Shown: one piece after another, positions 9,631 through 17,998 of the stretch
Layout of the letters: each line of letters opens with the position of its first letter
How positions within the stretch are numbered: position 1 is the stretch's first letter
Source: Thermostichus sp. DRC_bins_24
Lineage (GTDB): Bacteria; Cyanobacteriota; Cyanobacteriia; Thermostichales; Thermostichaceae
NCBI GenBank assembly: GCA_039794845.1
Contig: JAUQVK010000050.1
Coordinates: forward strand, 1 to 36,870
Reading direction: 5' to 3'
Length of the DNA stretch: 36,870 nt
Notes under the pieces: generated by a model
Seen by the model: only the letters and a program-made list of their open reading frames with translations
What the model was told of the DNA's origin: nothing
Database searches by the model: none
Position numbers and translations under genes: made by a program

Positions 9631-9846
9631 ATGAACGTTAAAGAGATTGCCCAACAGGCTTTTAAGACCGGGCGTTTGAGCCTTCTTCAGGAAACCTATC
9701 TGTACGAACTGTTTGAGGCTCACCGTACGGATGAGGAGGATTTGCAGGCGGCAGATTCCCTGATCAATGCGCTTTTGGATGGCGCTGTGCAGCGGGAGGG
9801 CTACGGCTGGGATCCCTGCCCGACCCTGCCCGACTTTAATGTCTGA
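9631..9846 (+). CDS. Small cyanobacterial hypothetical protein (71 aa)
   Basis: MNVKEIAQQAFKTGRLS...LINALLDGAVQRE resembles a small helical cyanobacterial family and fills the gap between the tRNA and radC. Confidence 0.7.
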   Translation: MNVKEIAQQAFKTGRLSLLQETYLYELFEAHRTDEEDLQAADSLINALLDGAVQREGYGWDPCPTLPDFNV

Positions 9847-9972
9847 AGAGTTGAGATTACAGCCTTTGTGCGGGCTTGCCATAGCAATTTCCATAACAAG
9901 ACTTGCGCCTGCTTAGATGGGAAAGTCTCGGCTTCTACAGTGGTAGGTGGCTAGCCGAAAGGCCGTAGGGGG

Positions 9973-10707
9973 TTATTCCGATTGAGGAAACTCCTCCCAG
10001 AGATCGGTGCGTTGGCGCAGACTAAGGAATTGTCCACCCCCGAGGATGAGGTGATCCAGAACCGGAATTTGCAGCAGCTGCCCCGCTTGTAACAGTCGTC
10101 GGGTGAGGGCGAGATCCTCTGGGCTGGGATCCAAGCTGCCGGAGGGATGGTTGTGGGCAATGAGGATGCGGCTGGCTCCTTGCCTAATGGCACTGCGAAA
10201 GGTTTCCCGAGGGTGGGAGAGGGTTTCGGTGGCCGTGCCGCGGGTGATGATCTGCTGGCCGAGCAATTTGTGTTTAATATCCAGGTGTAGGACGGCAAAT
10301 TGTTCCTGGGGATCCCACATCAATTCGCCGCTCAGGGCCATAGCCGCCTGTTCTGGGGAGTCGATCACGGTGCGCTCCGGTGGACGGGCCAAGAACACCC
10401 GCCGCCCCAATTCGATCGCTGCCAACACCGTGGCTGCCTTGGCCGGGCCAATGCCCTCGATCTGGATCAGTTCCCCTGCCTCCACTTCCCGCAATTGCCT
10501 GAGGGGATCCCGTTGGTGGCGTTCCATTTCCTTGAGAAGCAACTGCCCCAACCCCACGGCTGAGAGTTTGCCCGGCCCCTGACCGGTGTTCAACAAAATG
10601 GCCAGCAGCTCTGCATTGGAGAGGGTTTTCGCCCCGTAGGTGAGCAGCCGTTCGCGGGGGCGATCGTGGGCGGGAATATCGCTAATGCGCAATACATACT
10701 CGTTCAT
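9973..10707 (-). CDS. radC: RadC/JAB domain protein (244 aa)
   Basis: RPRERL, ELLAILL, HhH motif GIGPAKA, HPRETF and JAB motif HNHPSG...SPED...DHLI. The ATG overlaps the ArnT stop (ATGA). Confidence 0.95.
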   Translation of the reverse strand: MNEYVLRISDIPAHDRPRERLLTYGAKTLSNAELLAILLNTGQGPGKLSAVGLGQLLLKEMERHQRDPLRQLREVEAGELIQIEGIGPAKAATVLAAIELGRRVFLARPPERTVIDSPEQAAMALSGELMWDPQEQFAVLHLDIKHKLLGQQIITRGTATETLSHPRETFRSAIRQGASRILIAHNHPSGSLDPSPEDLALTRRLLQAGQLLQIPVLDHLILGGGQFLSLRQRTDLWEEFPQSE

Positions 10708-12500
10708 GGCTGCAGAAGCGAGCTGGGAGAGGTTTTCAGTAGCCAGTAGGGCCCCTGTTGCTCGAGCACCTGTAAAGACGGGATCCCGGCCAACTCCTCC
10801 ACAAAGGGATCCCAGGTAACCAGATAATCCGGCATTTGTCCTGTGGCTTGCCAGGCCGACAACTCGGCTCGATTGGCGGCATAGGGAACCTGCAGCGGGC
10901 CATAAAAGTAGGGCACAAAGGAGCGGAATCCGTACAGGCCCACCGTTCCTGATAGGACCGCTTGGGAGTCTTCGGGTGAAAATAATTCTGCATCGGGGCT
11001 GACAAACCGTTGAAAGAATTGGATGGATCCCCCTTGGGTATGTTGCAGTAACCTTGGAAATACCCAGCCCCAAGCCAACTGAGCGCTCAACCCGGTGGCC
11101 AACAGCAGCCCCACCCAGCCCCACAGCTTGTGCCGACCGAATATCCATGCTAGTCCCCCCAGCAGTAGCAGCAGGGCAGAGCCATAGGTGAACACCGGCC
11201 AATCCACCCCGGCCCGCAGATAGCCCAACGTCAAACCCCCGGAAAGGGTAATCCCCAGAGCTGTCAGTCCTTCTCCTGCCGATGCCCCCAGCCAAGGCAA
11301 CACCAGCCACAGGGCCACCCAAAACAAGCCGCTCAGCAGGATCCAAAGGGTCTCCCAAAGGGTGAGTTTGACCTCTCCTGCCCAAAGACGTTGCAGTCGC
11401 CCAGCGGCGAAATAGGCCCCCATCGGGTACAACAGCGACGTGTAATGCACCAGTTTGGTTTGCACCAGCAGTGAAAACAACGCCAGCACCACCGCAAAAG
11501 CCACCAAGAGCAAATGTTCTGCCCGCTGGGTGGGATCCGCAGCCATAGCCGCCGAGCCGAGCCGTAACCGGGTACTGCGGGTTCTGGCTCCCCAGCGGGA
11601 AGAGTGCTCTCCCCCCCGGATCGTCTGCAGGAGCCCGGCCAAGGCCACCGCCCCCCAAGGGAAACACCCCAAACCAAAGGCCAGCACATGAAAATAAACC
11701 GGGCCAGGATGCCCATCCGAGCGGGTGAGGATACGCCACTGATAGCGGAGAAACTGCTCCACCCATTGCGGCCCCTGCTCTGCCCACTCGACAACAAACC
11801 AACTGAGGGAGACCGCCCCCGCCAACGCCAAAAATGCCAACCCCTCCCCCCAACGGGGCCAGGGATCCCGATGCCAAAACTTGTAGAGAGCCCAAATCAA
11901 CAGGGGCAACCCCAACCCCAACGGCCCCTTGGCCAACACCGCCAAGCCCAGAGCCAGCGCCCCCACAACCGCCCAGCCTCGACCGGAGTGCCCATCTAAG
12001 CGGGCCTGATCCGCTGCAAACAAAGATCCCAGCCCCACCCCCATCCCCAAATTAAACAGGGGGTCGATCAGGCCCGTTTTGGCGAAGAACAGGGGCAAAT
12101 AGCCCGTCAGCAACAGCATCCCCCAGAGGCAGCCAAACCCCACCCCGCGCAGGTAGGCTCCCCACCCCACCAGTAGCGCTACCGTAATCCCCCCCACCCA
12201 AGCATTCGGCAGGCGGGCCGCCCATTCGTTCACTCCCAAGGCCGCCATGGCCAAGGCTTGCAGCCAAAAAAACAGGGGGGGCTTTTCAAAAAAGGGTTCA
12301 CCATTGATGACCAGAGAAAGGGGATCCCCGCTCACCAGCATCTGCCGCGCCAAGCTGCCGTAGATCAGCTCATCCCAATCGAACAAAAAAGGGATCCCTT
12401 GCCACCACAGCAGCCACAACCCCGCCAAAAGCCCCATCGCCAGGGAGGGCCACAGGGCGAAGGAGGCAACCGAGGGTTTCCACACCGGGGATTTAAGCAT
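10704..12500 (-). CDS. ArnT/GT83-PMT family membrane glycosyltransferase
   Basis: [34 protein letters not shown] and many transmembrane segments. ATG 12500 overlaps the upstream stop (ATGCTTAA). Confidence 0.9.
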   Translation of the reverse strand: MLKSPVWKPSVASFALWPSLAMGLLAGLWLLWWQGIPFLFDWDELIYGSLARQMLVSGDPLSLVINGEPFFEKPPLFFWLQALAMAALGVNEWAARLPNAWVGGITVALLVGWGAYLRGVGFGCLWGMLLLTGYLPLFFAKTGLIDPLFNLGMGVGLGSLFAADQARLDGHSGRGWAVVGALALGLAVLAKGPLGLGLPLLIWALYKFWHRDPWPRWGEGLAFLALAGAVSLSWFVVEWAEQGPQWVEQFLRYQWRILTRSDGHPGPVYFHVLAFGLGCFPWGAVALAGLLQTIRGGEHSSRWGARTRSTRLRLGSAAMAADPTQRAEHLLLVAFAVVLALFSLLVQTKLVHYTSLLYPMGAYFAAGRLQRLWAGEVKLTLWETLWILLSGLFWVALWLVLPWLGASAGEGLTALGITLSGGLTLGYLRAGVDWPVFTYGSALLLLLGGLAWIFGRHKLWGWVGLLLATGLSAQLAWGWVFPRLLQHTQGGSIQFFQRFVSPDAELFSPEDSQAVLSGTVGLYGFRSFVPYFYGPLQVPYAANRAELSAWQATGQMPDYLVTWDPFVEELAGIPSLQVLEQQGPYWLLKTSPSSLLQP

Positions 12501-13548
12501 GGGCGTGCTCGACCCGTTCCACACGGCCCACCGCTTGCGGAGAACCCAGCACCCGTATCAACTGCGGGATCGGATCCGCAGCATCTGGAGCGACTTCCAC
12601 CACACACCAACGGCTAGAACTGGCCTGCACCTCCGCCAAAAGATCTTCCGCAATGGGGCCCCGTGCCACCCCGATTAGCTGCGGCCAGGGATCCCGGCGG
12701 TAGGCCCCGATCCAACGCAAGCCCAGTTGAAAGGGCCCCGGTCGAAACTGCGGGTTCAGGCTCCCATCCGCCTCAAACTTACTCAGCATCAACTGCAACG
12801 AGCAGATCTGGCGGGTATTTAAGGGAGGAGCAGCGGGCACAATGCGGGCGCGAAAGGTGGGCACCATCTCCGCAAAAGGGATCCGTACCGTTTGCTCCAA
12901 CTCAGGCGTGGTCTCAAAGGCATAGCTGTAAGCGGGGCTATCCCACCCGGTTTGATCCCGCAAAAAGAACTTGTACCGTTGTCCATCTCCCCGCAGGCGC
13001 AGCTCCAGGCCCGCAAACCCAGACAAGTCCAGCGGTGGCTGCATATTGCGTGTGCGGGTCGAAACAAACCCGCCGGAGTTGGCCGTAGAAACCTGCCCTG
13101 TAAACAGAAGCTGCTGCTCCCCCCACAACAACTGGCTTTGGCTAACCCCCCCCATGACCACATCATCCAAAATGCCCCAAAACTCGTTTAGATTTGGGTT
13201 GGGCTGGCGAAAGTCAAACAGCAGGTGTTCCGTTTGGGCCGTGGCTCGCAGCGCTTGCAGATGGGCTTTGGCCACCTGCGCATCCGCCAGACCGAGGATC
13301 ACGGTTGCTGAGGTCAGATCTTGACTGACCTGAACGCCTTGCTTTTGCAGGGCCTCGGGTAATCCGGCAGGCAGTCCTTCCCCCCACAACAGAACCTGAG
13401 CAGGGCGCGATCCAGCAAGGAGAGGGGGCACAAAATTGACACTCATCGTTGGTTGGAACCCATTTTGAACCCAACGCCAAGCCTCAGCAAAAGGTAGAGC
13501 ATCGTAGTAGGTCAGGGTATTGAAAAAACGGCCCAGATCCCAAGACAT
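12493..13548 (-). CDS. CIA30 (complex I intermediate-associated protein 30) domain protein
   Basis: MSWDLGRF N-terminus after a GAGGTGAGG RBS. Motifs WGILDDVVMGGVSQS, NSGGFVSTR, RGDGQRYK, QLMLSKFE and LNPQF. Confidence 0.9.
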   Translation of the reverse strand: MSWDLGRFFNTLTYYDALPFAEAWRWVQNGFQPTMSVNFVPPLLAGSRPAQVLLWGEGLPAGLPEALQKQGVQVSQDLTSATVILGLADAQVAKAHLQALRATAQTEHLLFDFRQPNPNLNEFWGILDDVVMGGVSQSQLLWGEQQLLFTGQVSTANSGGFVSTRTRNMQPPLDLSGFAGLELRLRGDGQRYKFFLRDQTGWDSPAYSYAFETTPELEQTVRIPFAEMVPTFRARIVPAAPPLNTRQICSLQLMLSKFEADGSLNPQFRPGPFQLGLRWIGAYRRDPWPQLIGVARGPIAEDLLAEVQASSSRWCVVEVAPDAADPIPQLIRVLGSPQAVGRVERVEHAHA

Positions 13549-13699
13549 AACCTCACCTCGGCCTAGAACACAACCGCTTTGCAAGCAACCGCCTACAGAA
13601 TAGCCTTGGCTGCTGTACCTCTGACAATCCAAGCCTCTCAGCTGAGCTGCTGCGATTCCCCCCAGAATAAAAGGGATCCCTTGTTCGGAGGCTGTCTTT

Positions 13700-14602
13700 G
13701 TGTTCAGCATTACCCAATCTGCCAAGCCCTACCTGACCTATCACCTCAAAGATGAACACAGCCGCGCCGAAGCTGAGATCGTGCCGGAGCGGGGCGGCAT
13801 TCTCACCCATTGGCGCATCGGTGGGGCAGAGATCCTCTACATGGACGAAGCGCGATTTTTGGATCCCAGCCTGACGGTACGGGGGGGCATTCCGATCCTA
13901 TTCCCCATTTGCGGCAACCTTCCCGACAACACCTACAGCCATGCGGGGCAAAGCTACACCCTCAAACAGCATGGTTTTGCCCGCAACCGACCCTGGCAGG
14001 TGGTGGATCAAGATACAGATGGCCAAGCCTCCCTGACTGTGATGCTGGAAAGCGATGCCGAGACTCTATCGGTCTATCCGTTTGAGTTCACCCTTTTGTT
14101 CAGCTACCAACTGCGGGGCCGACAACTCACCCTCAAGCAACACATCACCAACCGCTCCCCAGAGCCCATGCCTTTTTCGGTCGGGTTTCACCCCTATTTC
14201 CAGGTGGAAGAGGCCGCCAAACCCAAGTTGCGACTCGGGATCCCGGCCCATGAACTCTACGACCACCGAGAACTCCGTCCCGCTAGCGCGAACAGCAAAA
14301 CCAGCGCCCCTTTCCACAATGCTTTTGATTGGGCTGCGCCTGAGATCGACGTGGCCTTTAAGTCTTTATCTGCCCAAGAGGCAACCGTTACCGATCCGAC
14401 GGCGGGGAGAAGGCTGATCCTCACCTACGACGAGATCTTCAGCACCCTTGTTTTCTGGACAGTGCAGGGCAAACCCTTCTTTTGTCTAGAACCCTGGACA
14501 GGGCCACGCAACGCCCTGATCACGGGCGAAAAGCTGATCCAACTGCCACCGGGAAACAGCCTAGAAACCCAGTTTGCACTGCGGGTGGAAGCCCTAGGTT
14601 GA
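13700..14602 (+). CDS. Aldose 1-epimerase family protein
   Basis: PERGG, VRGGIPILFPICGNL, QHGFARN, GFHPYF, FCLEPW. GTG start. Confidence 0.93.
   Translation: MFSITQSAKPYLTYHLKDEHSRAEAEIVPERGGILTHWRIGGAEILYMDEARFLDPSLTVRGGIPILFPICGNLPDNTYSHAGQSYTLKQHGFARNRPWQVVDQDTDGQASLTVMLESDAETLSVYPFEFTLLFSYQLRGRQLTLKQHITNRSPEPMPFSVGFHPYFQVEEAAKPKLRLGIPAHELYDHRELRPASANSKTSAPFHNAFDWAAPEIDVAFKSLSAQEATVTDPTAGRRLILTYDEIFSTLVFWTVQGKPFFCLEPWTGPRNALITGEKLIQLPPGNSLETQFALRVEALG
14270..14293 (+). repeat. 24-nt double-hairpin element inserted in frame (encodes ELRPASAN)
   Basis: GAAC-TCC-GTCC-CGC-TAGC-GCG-AAC. It matches the core of the element at 32079-32102 at 17 of 22 nt. Confidence 0.65.
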
Positions 14603-14641
14603 GTAGCCTGTCAGGAACCGGATCCAAACCCCAGGCTTTAT

Positions 14642-15727
14642 CTAATCTCCAGAGGCTTGTCCATTGCTCAACACCTGAATCGCCACTTGCAGTTGTAGCG
14701 CCTCCTCTCCGCTACCCAGTCCCGTCCGTAGGGTTGGGCCCGAAAGCGTCTCGAGACTGCGACAAAGCCGACGCAAATGGGGGGTACTTGCCCCGATATG
14801 GCCATCCAACTTTTCGGCTAGGGATCCCAGGCGTTTCCAGGTGGTGAAGAGGCGGGCCAGGGTTTGTTCCAGTTGAGCCGCTTGATTCACCAAATCGGCA
14901 GTTAAGTTGAGCAAGCCCAACCGCAGGGCTTCCTCGAGCGCTCCCTCCAAATCCAACCCTTCTGGTTCCTGTAGAGCCTGTACCTGAGCCGCAGATTGCA
15001 AGTATCGGGCCAGAAAACGGGCATCGGCGGTGGCTTGCTTGAGGGTATCCACATCGGGGTTGCGGGCGATCTCCTCTTGTAGGGCTTGTTGATGGGATCC
15101 CGGCAATTTTTCCAGTTCCCGCACCAGGGGGGTGAGGTAGCGAGTGGGAAGGCTCTGTTCGGCGGCTTTGGCCCGTACGGGTGCTGGCAGCAATTCGGAA
15201 GTGGCGGCGGTCCATTCGTCCGTGAGGTCGCGCACCTGTCGGCGGGTAATGCGTTGCCCCTGTTGGGCGGCTTCCACCACCATCTGTTGCACTTCTGCAG
15301 GAGCCTGGGCGGTTTCCAAAAAGGCGCGTTTGCTAAACCGATCCACCGTTTCTGGGGCCAATTCCTGGGCTTGCATGAGGCGATCGGCACTATCTGCCAA
15401 TTCCAGCAGCGCATAGGCCCGGCTTTTGCTGATCTCTCGATCCTTCAGCCAATGGAGAAAGCCACTGCCGCGTCCATCCCCCCGCTGCTTTTCCCGATCC
15501 CGTACCACCCGCAAAATGCGCCCCCGCCAAATCTCCGTTTGCAGATCAAAGCGGTCGCATACCTGCCAAGCCTGTTCCACCTGCTGATGGAACTCCAGGT
15601 CGGGCAAGGCTGCATCCGTCGGATCCGGCAACGCCAATTCCTGCAGGGATCCCACCCCATTCCAAGGCTCTAGGCTGATGGCGGTTGGTTCAGCCGTCGG
15701 TTCAGCCGTCGTTTCAATGGTCTCCAT
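14642..15727 (-). CDS. Conserved cyanobacterial hypothetical protein
   Basis: Long ORF with AWQVCDRFDLQTEIWRGRILR...GSGFLHWLKDREISKSRAY, recalled as a cyanobacteria-wide uncharacterised family. GAGGGGG RBS before ATG 15727. Confidence 0.85.
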   Translation of the reverse strand: METIETTAEPTAEPTAISLEPWNGVGSLQELALPDPTDAALPDLEFHQQVEQAWQVCDRFDLQTEIWRGRILRVVRDREKQRGDGRGSGFLHWLKDREISKSRAYALLELADSADRLMQAQELAPETVDRFSKRAFLETAQAPAEVQQMVVEAAQQGQRITRRQVRDLTDEWTAATSELLPAPVRAKAAEQSLPTRYLTPLVRELEKLPGSHQQALQEEIARNPDVDTLKQATADARFLARYLQSAAQVQALQEPEGLDLEGALEEALRLGLLNLTADLVNQAAQLEQTLARLFTTWKRLGSLAEKLDGHIGASTPHLRRLCRSLETLSGPTLRTGLGSGEEALQLQVAIQVLSNGQASGD

Positions 15728-15892
15728 GCACCCCCTCACACCTGAGCCGACCCATTATGGCAGAGCAACCCAGCCCCTTCAGATCCTCAATCGGCTACAC
15801 CTTTCGCTTATCTCCCGAAAAAATTGCATGGGTTGATACAGGTTTTTTCTCGGATCCCATCTCAGGATCAGCTTGATCCATCGGGAGCCACC

Positions 15893-16297
15893 ATGATCGA
15901 GCGGGTCGATCACGTCGGGGTTGCAGATCTGGATGAGCGGATCCAGTTTTTCACCGAGCAGATGGGCATGCACCTGAAGCGTCGCGGCACCCACAATGCC
16001 ACGGGTGGGCGAATTGCATTTCTGGCGGATGCTGCCGGGTTCAAGCTGGAGCTGATCGTGCTCCGCACGGCGCGGAGCGCCATTGAAACCCCCGACCGCC
16101 AAACGGGGCTGATGCCCATCGCCTTCCGGGTGGATGACCTGCCTACGGAGCACGAGCGCCTATGCCAAGAGGGATTGACGCCCCTGCGGGGCCCCCTACA
16201 CCTGAATGCCGCCAAGGCCGATACGGCCCTGCTCAAGGATGCGGCTGGCATGGAGATGCAAATTATTTGCTACGAGCCGGATAGCCCTGATGTGTAG
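15893..16297 (+). CDS. VOC (glyoxalase/bleomycin resistance) family protein
   Basis: IERVDHVG, FFTEQMGM, KLELI, IAFRVDD, KD..G..MQI. GGAG RBS. Carries an in-frame repeat insertion. Confidence 0.8.
   Translation: MIERVDHVGVADLDERIQFFTEQMGMHLKRRGTHNATGGRIAFLADAAGFKLELIVLRTARSAIETPDRQTGLMPIAFRVDDLPTEHERLCQEGLTPLRGPLHLNAAKADTALLKDAAGMEMQIICYEPDSPDV
16058..16081 (+). repeat. 24-nt double-hairpin element inserted in frame (VLRTARSA), flanked by ATC/ATT
   Basis: GTGC-TCC-GCAC-GGCGC-GGA-GCGCC has two perfect hairpins and interrupts LELI|ETPD. Confidence 0.72.
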
Positions 16298-16434
16298 AGG
16301 GCTTGGGTTGCGGATCCCTTGGCCCTGCCGGTCGTCCCAATCCAGATTCGTCTACAAGTTGGGTACCAGGAGTTCGATGCTCCTCTTGGTTTCTTTGGCC
16401 TATCTTTGACCGGCAACTCCTTATTCCAAGACGG

Positions 16435-17829
16435 TTAAGCTCGTTCCAGAAAGGCAACCCCCTCCACATGTCCGGTTTGGGGGAAAAAGTCGGCAGCTCG
16501 CCATTGGGTGAGGCGATAGGCTCCCTCTGCAAGCAGGATTTGCAAGTCCCGTGCCAACGTTGCAGGGTGGCAGCTGATGTAGACCAGGCGCCGAGGTCGC
16601 TGCAGCATCAGGGTGTCGAGCACTTGGCGATCACAGCCTCGTCGCGGCGGATCCAACACCACGATGTCTGCGGGTGGGAGGGTTGGCAGAACCTGTTCCA
16701 CAGTACCTTCAAAAAATTGCACCGAGTTGATGCTGTTGAACTGAGCATTGTGGCGTGCCTGTGCCACGGCCTCTGGCAAAGATTCCACCCCCATCACCCG
16801 CTTTGCTCGTTGGGCCAACAGTAATGTGAGGGTGCCGATGCCGCAGTAGGCATCCAAAAGGGTTTCTTGTCCCTGCAAGTTCAGTTGATCGGCAATCCAA
16901 GTAAAAAAGGCCTCTGCCTGCTCCGTGTTCACTTGAAAGAAAGAGGTGCTGTCCATCCAAAGGGAAAGCCCGGCAAATTCTTCCCGTAGCGTGCCCCGAC
17001 CGGCAATCACCTCCGTCTGGGGGCCGAAGATGGCGTTGGTACGGGCCGGATTGAGGTTTAGGCAAACCCCCACCAAGTCGGGATATCGCTCCATCCAGCG
17101 GTGTGCCCAGGTTTCTATGTTGGGGAGGTGGCGGCTACGGCTGACCAGTGTCAGGAGCACCTCTCGCGTCCGACGACCGATGCGCAGACCCAAATGGCGG
17201 AGGTGCCCTTGATGGCGGCTTTCCTCGTAAACGCTCCAGCCGGTCTCTTGCAGATCCGCCTTCAGTTCCCGCAAAAAGGTATCCAGCCGTTCATCCTGAA
17301 CCGGGCATTGGTTCAGGTTCACCAAGCGATGGCTGCCCTTCCGGAAATAGCCCATGCGCAGCGGTTGTCCGTCGGATTTGGCGATGGGATAGGTTACTTT
17401 GTTGCGGTAGCGGAGGGGCTGCAGGGATCCCAAAATGGGAACGGGTTCTGGCAAAGAAATCCCCCCGATGCGTTCCAGAGCATCCGTCAAGATCTGCTGT
17501 TTGGCGGCCAGTTGCCTTGCGTAGCTCACGTGCTGCCACTGACAGCCCCCGCATTTGTCCGCCACGATGCAGGCCGGTCGCACCCGATCCTCCGACGGAT
17601 CCTTTATCGATTGAATGCGCCCAGTTAGGTAATTGCGCTTTTTCTCCAGCACCTGCACCTCCACCCGATCCCCCGGCACCCCCTGCTCCACAAACACCAC
17701 CTGTCCCCGCCCCGCCCCGGCGGTATGGGCAATGCCGTCTCCTTGGGGAGTGAGCCCTGTGATTTGTAGCGAGAGGAGCTCTCCGGGTTTGACCTCAGAT
17801 TCAGAGGAAGACAGGCGAGGAGAAGTCAT
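16435..17829 (-). CDS. rlmD: 23S rRNA (uracil-C5)-methyltransferase, RlmD/TrmA family
   Basis: TRAM domain, Fe-S motif C..ADKCGGCQWQH, SFFQVN, LDAYCGIGT, LDPPRRG, YISCHPATLARD, FFPQTGHVE. Confidence 0.93.
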   Translation of the reverse strand: MTSPRLSSSESEVKPGELLSLQITGLTPQGDGIAHTAGAGRGQVVFVEQGVPGDRVEVQVLEKKRNYLTGRIQSIKDPSEDRVRPACIVADKCGGCQWQHVSYARQLAAKQQILTDALERIGGISLPEPVPILGSLQPLRYRNKVTYPIAKSDGQPLRMGYFRKGSHRLVNLNQCPVQDERLDTFLRELKADLQETGWSVYEESRHQGHLRHLGLRIGRRTREVLLTLVSRSRHLPNIETWAHRWMERYPDLVGVCLNLNPARTNAIFGPQTEVIAGRGTLREEFAGLSLWMDSTSFFQVNTEQAEAFFTWIADQLNLQGQETLLDAYCGIGTLTLLLAQRAKRVMGVESLPEAVAQARHNAQFNSINSVQFFEGTVEQVLPTLPPADIVVLDPPRRGCDRQVLDTLMLQRPRRLVYISCHPATLARDLQILLAEGAYRLTQWRAADFFPQTGHVEGVAFLERA

Positions 17830-17998
17830 AGGATAGGGGATACGGGTGAAGGGCTTTCCATTTTGGCATTTGCCCCAGGCTGAGCTCCTGTCCCATGACA
17901 AGTTGCGGCCGGGGGGCGCTCTGAAGATCTACTGAAGATCTATCTGAAAGCAGGGTTGGCCGTCGCTGCTGCTCGGAATGACCTGCGGTCTACCGACC

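Noticed and set aside
11545..11610. ArnT loop [14 protein letters not shown] with GCCGAGCCGAGCCG as another repeat insertion
   Set aside because: It has no TCC-loop double hairpin, and a short 5-mer repeat in a naturally variable loop cannot be distinguished from chance.
9973..11895. 640-aa ORF suggesting a large N-terminal fusion to RadC
   Set aside because: The first 396 or so codons are an alternative frame overlapping the ArnT gene with G/A-rich non-protein-like composition. RadC starts at ATG 10707.
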